Source: Tubiluchus corallicola (taxonomy: Eukaryota > Animalia > Priapulida). Taken from it: a stretch of 44,874 bases of DNA. The notes beneath the pieces are model-generated. The model was not told the DNA's origin. It made no database searches and saw only the letters and a program-made list of their open reading frames with translations. Positions 40,926-44,874 of the stretch are shown here, piece after piece. Made by a program: the position numbers and the translations under genes. Each line of letters begins with the position of its first letter. Positions within the stretch are counted from its first letter, which is position 1. The stretch spans positions 1 to 44,874 of the forward strand of contig JAQGDQ010001356.1 of assembly GCA_030141605.1 (NCBI GenBank), given 5' to 3'.

Positions 40926-41512
40926 TACTCTGATGTGAATGTTTACAGTCACAAAGTTATTTGACTTTAGCGGCACTTGTAAACAAACCAGCTCAGAAAG
41001 ATGCGAGGAAGATACCAAGTCACATAATGACTAGAGATATTCATCAAAACTAAACTGTGACTCGATGTATGGATCGTCAGAATGCTGTTTTATAAACTGT
41101 TAATAAAATACGGCTGCATTTCGTGTATAACAGCTATAGAGGGCGCCACGATGTTCATTGTCTTTGTAGTAATGAACATCATGTAGTCAGCATACATTAC
41201 GGTTTCAGCCAATGTGTTGCCCATGATGTGTTTGACTTGTAACTCCATGCATAAATAAATTCTTGAATGCAGTTATTGTTTCATGGTTTTCTGGGTCGCG
41301 CCTATTCAAACATTATTAATGACTGAGCGGTGAAAGAGTTAAACCGGATACAAAGGGTTGAGGGTTAATTACGAGCTAATTATTCTAGCGGCTGTGTTTG
41401 GTTTGTTAAAGTGGAAGTTGACCTTTGTTTTAAGCACTGGTGTTGATAGAAGAGATTTTACATGTGAAATTTAATGGACGTGCTTGTGAGGTCTTGTGTT
41501 AGAAACGGGAAG

Positions 41513-41759
41513 AAAGAGAGAGAGGGACAGAGCTGAAGAGAGGGAGAGAGTGAGGAGAGACAGAGAAAAAGGAAGAGAGAGAGAGAAACAGAGAGAAAGA
41601 GAATGAGAGAGAGAAGAGGAGGGAGAGGAGAAAGAGAGGGATCGAGAGCAGGAGAGAGCAGAGAGAGAGAGAGAGAGAGACAGAGAGAGAGAGAGTGAAA
41701 AAGAGAGAAAGAGAATGAGAGAGAAGAGGAGAAAGAGAGGAATCGAGAGCAGGTGAGAG

Positions 41760-41794
<35 letters not shown>

Positions 41795-41806
41795 GGAGGA
41801 AGGGAT

Positions 41807-41845
<39 letters not shown>

Positions 41846-41870
41846 AAGAAAGAAAAAAAGAGATGGAGAG
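41513..41870. repeat. Degenerate (GA)n tract
   Basis: Direct reading. Confidence 0.93.
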
Positions 41871-42425
41871 ACTGACTGAGTGAATGACTTCATTGTTATT
41901 AAGTTTTTTGTTAAAAAACAGTGAGAAAAACCTTATTAGCTCACAGCAATGTCAATTTTAATCAACTTCTTAACACTGTTAGTAGATTATCCTGCCTCGT
42001 TATGTAATTATCCTCAACGTGGATTTCATTTATTTGAAGTGACGTTTCTGCCTTTTGCGTGATTTTCACCGTGACGTTTCGGCCAATCACTCTATCTAAT
42101 TGCTGTTTTAATATCAAGTGCAAATTGAACAGAAAGAGTCCACTGCAAAGCTGAGCAATTTATGGACAACACTTGCAAAGACACGCAATGAAAGTGTTAG
42201 AATTTGACATCACGAGAGTTTTGTTATTCCAAGAGGTCAATATTTGTTTTGTAGCTAAAATAGTTAAAGGGAAAGATAAGAGGAATTTTAAAGTGCATGA
42301 CAAAGAATTTGCCACACAAAGTTATATTACTTAGCGTTAATTTTACCTGTTGGAAAGACTTACGTAATTAGAAAATGAAATTTTTTTCTAATTTAAAATG
42401 ATTGGACCACCTGGTAAAACAAAAC

Positions 42426-43128
42426 TGACTCACCTTCCCAGTGTGCACCACGGACTCACTTTCCAGGGTGCACCACGGACTCACTTTCCAGGGTGCACCA
42501 CGGACTCACTTTCCAGGGTGCACCACTGACTCACTTTTCCAGTGTGCACAACGGACTCGTCTTCCCAGTGTGCACCACGGACTCACCTTCCCAGTGTGCA
42601 CCACTGACTCACCTTTCCAGTGTGCACCACAAACCCACCTTCCCAGTGTGCACCACTGACTCACTTTTCCAGTGTGCACAACGGACTCGTCTTCCCAGTG
42701 TGCACCATTGACTCACCTTCCCAGGGTGCACCACTGATTCACCTTTCCAGTGTGCACCACAAACCCACCTTCCCAGTGTGCACCACTGACTCACCTTTCC
42801 AGTGTGCACCACAGACTCACCTTTCCAGTGTGCACCACAGACTCACCTTTCCAGTGTGCACCACTGACTCACCTTCCCAGTGTGCACCACGGACTCACCT
42901 TTCCAGTGTGCACCACTGACTCACCTTCCCAGTGTGCACCACAGACTCAACTTCCCAGTGTGCACCACTGACTCACATTCCCAGTGTGCACCACTGACTC
43001 ACCTTCCCAGTGTGCACCACTGACTCACCTTCCCAGTGTGCACCACTGACTCATCTTCCCAGTGTGCACCACAGACTTACCTTCCCAGTATGCACCACTG
43101 ACTCACCTTTCCTGTGTGCACCACTGAC
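42426..43128 (-). repeat. 26-bp minisatellite, ~27 copies, same family in opposite orientation; the element body continues to ~43385
   Basis: Unit GACTCACCTTCCCAGTGTGCACCACT, with variant units duplicated in higher-order blocks. Confidence 0.95.
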
Positions 43129-44340
43129 GCGAAAAACATGTTACTAATCTTAAGTAATTTAAGCGCTTGCCTTAGTTAGGAAAGAATGCACTAAGAATGC
43201 GCTGATTATTTTTTAAACCTTTACGGTTTGTAAGCTAAACTTGTTCAAATGACTTACCATTAAAGTGGCTGCCCCTAACGGTCATCGCGGGAGTTAAAAT
43301 TCACAAGTTTCATACAGCGCTGCTGCTAACGCAAGCTCTGTATGCAGTAAGTCATGCTGTGATACAAAACTTCAAGGCGAACTTTTAAGCTCCTCTTATT
43401 AAGAGTGCTTTTTGAGCTTTAAGTAAACACAGTTCAAAGGTCAAAGGTTAAATGTACTAGACAGCGCATTTGTGTACACTTGACAACGTCTAGCAACCCA
43501 TGCTGTTGTAATACAGTTTTAACATTTAGCTAGAATCTTACCTATTTCCTTTTTTCTTGTTCCTAAGCAAAATCCTTCTAGTAAATCACTCTACGCACTG
43601 ACTAATGCATAGTTAAGTGAAGTTCACGTAAAGCAATTAAGTTACTGAACCGATGCGGCACACGGCTTGCTTTACACACATGTCACATGACGGTTGCAAT
43701 TAAGACGCGTTCCTGTAGTACACTTAACCTTTGACCTACGGCAATGCGCGTGCGCACAACGAAACTGCGAAAAGAGCTTAAACTGACTTTGTTTAAAAGT
43801 AAAATTTGCAGATGGCGACACTAGCGAACATGGCAGACCTTTTTAGCTAGTCACTTAATTCGGATAACTTTTTTCTTGAGCTAATTTCTGAACCCAAACG
43901 TCTGGCGTTCTTGTTGTACTAGGAATCCATTAAAATCTGCTTATGCTAAGTAAACATCTGTGGAAGGTCCTTTCAAATCAGCCATTAGTAGGTATTTAAC
44001 CGTCAGTAACTTCTAAACAAATATTTTCTCGTCAAATGCCTGCCTTTTGTTCTCTTATTAGCTTGGCAATACATGGTAGACCATAGAGATGTTTGACTTT
44101 TAATCGTATGAAAGGTGCCCTGTTGATGGAGACCGTCCATTTTGCGTTTTGTGTTACAGACAACAGGTGGAGCAAAAGTTGTTCGAAATACGGTGCGCCA
44201 ATCCTTTGTCGAGAATTCACGTTCAACAAAAGAGTGTTTTAGTATAAGTAGAATCTGGAGTTGACATTTTCTTCAGATGCTTTAGGACATAATGACCTTT
44301 CAAGCGGTTGAACAGTCAAAACCAAGATCTTGCTGAACTA

Positions 44341-44496
44341 CAGGGTGTTCCAGAAAAAAAGGCTGAATAATAAAATAAAATTATGCAGATGCACTTATCC
44401 TGAAGTGTTTTTTTTTACTTCATCAAGTCCATGGTAAAGTTTCTGTGTTATTTGATGAGCATATTTCTATTGCATCGTTTCTTTTGGAACATCCTG
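44341..44496. mobile_element. Tc1/mariner-type MITE
   Basis: TA flanks on both sides. TIRs CAGGGTGTTCCAGAA and TTTTGGAACATCCTG. Confidence 0.75.
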
Positions 44497-44769
44497 TATT
44501 TTCTATGAACTCGTATATTTTGAGAAAGTCTTGAGTCAGCTATTTACGAACGAGTTTATTTATTTACACAATTCATTTTTCGTTTGAGCACTAAAACAAA
44601 TTAAAATGTCTTCTTTTTCATTTAACTTGGCCTGGATAATTGCACAAGTTTTGCAAATCACCAGTTTGGTTCTTTTGTGACATTTACTGAGACAATAGCA
44701 TAAACTGAGAATAACTTGTGCAAACTCAAAAATATTATTATTATTGTTGTTGTTGCTGCTGCTGTTTTT

Positions 44770-44862
<93 letters not shown>

Positions 44863-44868
44863 ATAGTA
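44770..44868. repeat. (TAG)n microsatellite
   Basis: Direct reading. Confidence 0.96.
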
Positions 44869-44874
44869 AAAGGA

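Noticed and set aside
42426-43128. Repeat-spacer array (constant CCAGTGTGCACCAC plus a variable part)
   Set aside because: The variable parts are point variants of a single ~12-nt sequence, not independent spacers.
44150-44310. Candidate exon 2 of the BMP-like gene after acceptor-like TTACAG or TTTCTTCAG
   Set aside because: Phase-1 continuations hit stops quickly and show no prodomain similarity.

Overview
AT-rich, repeat-dense animal genomic DNA, probably a protostome invertebrate (the 5S rRNA sequence looks lophotrochozoan-like). It is not prokaryotic, and there is no CRISPR array. One credible host coding exon is present: the first coding exon (16244-16607, +) of a TGF-beta/BMP-family ligand, most like BMP3/GDF10. 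It has a signal peptide, the prodomain motifs PPKYMLDLYEKY and GNTVRS, and a phase-1 GT donor; I could not find exon 2, so the remaining ~28 kb is probably intron. There is an intact tRNA-Val(AAC) gene (11307-11379, -). A full-length 5S rRNA sequence (37141-37260, -) lacks a terminator and is fused to a bipartite RTE-LINE-derived body, making a candidate 5S-headed SINE3; a headless TSD-flanked sister copy lies at 7082-7448. The rest comprises a second non-autonomous RTE family, a (GAT)n-tailed short retroposon, a LINE 3' fragment, piggyBac/Tc1/hAT-type MITEs, a solo-LTR-like unit with heat-shock elements, a dispersed ~300-bp element that seeds two different minisatellites, many tandem arrays and long microsatellites. 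Nearly all long ORFs in the ORF track are repeat artefacts. All identifications were made by eye from remembered motifs; no database search was run.
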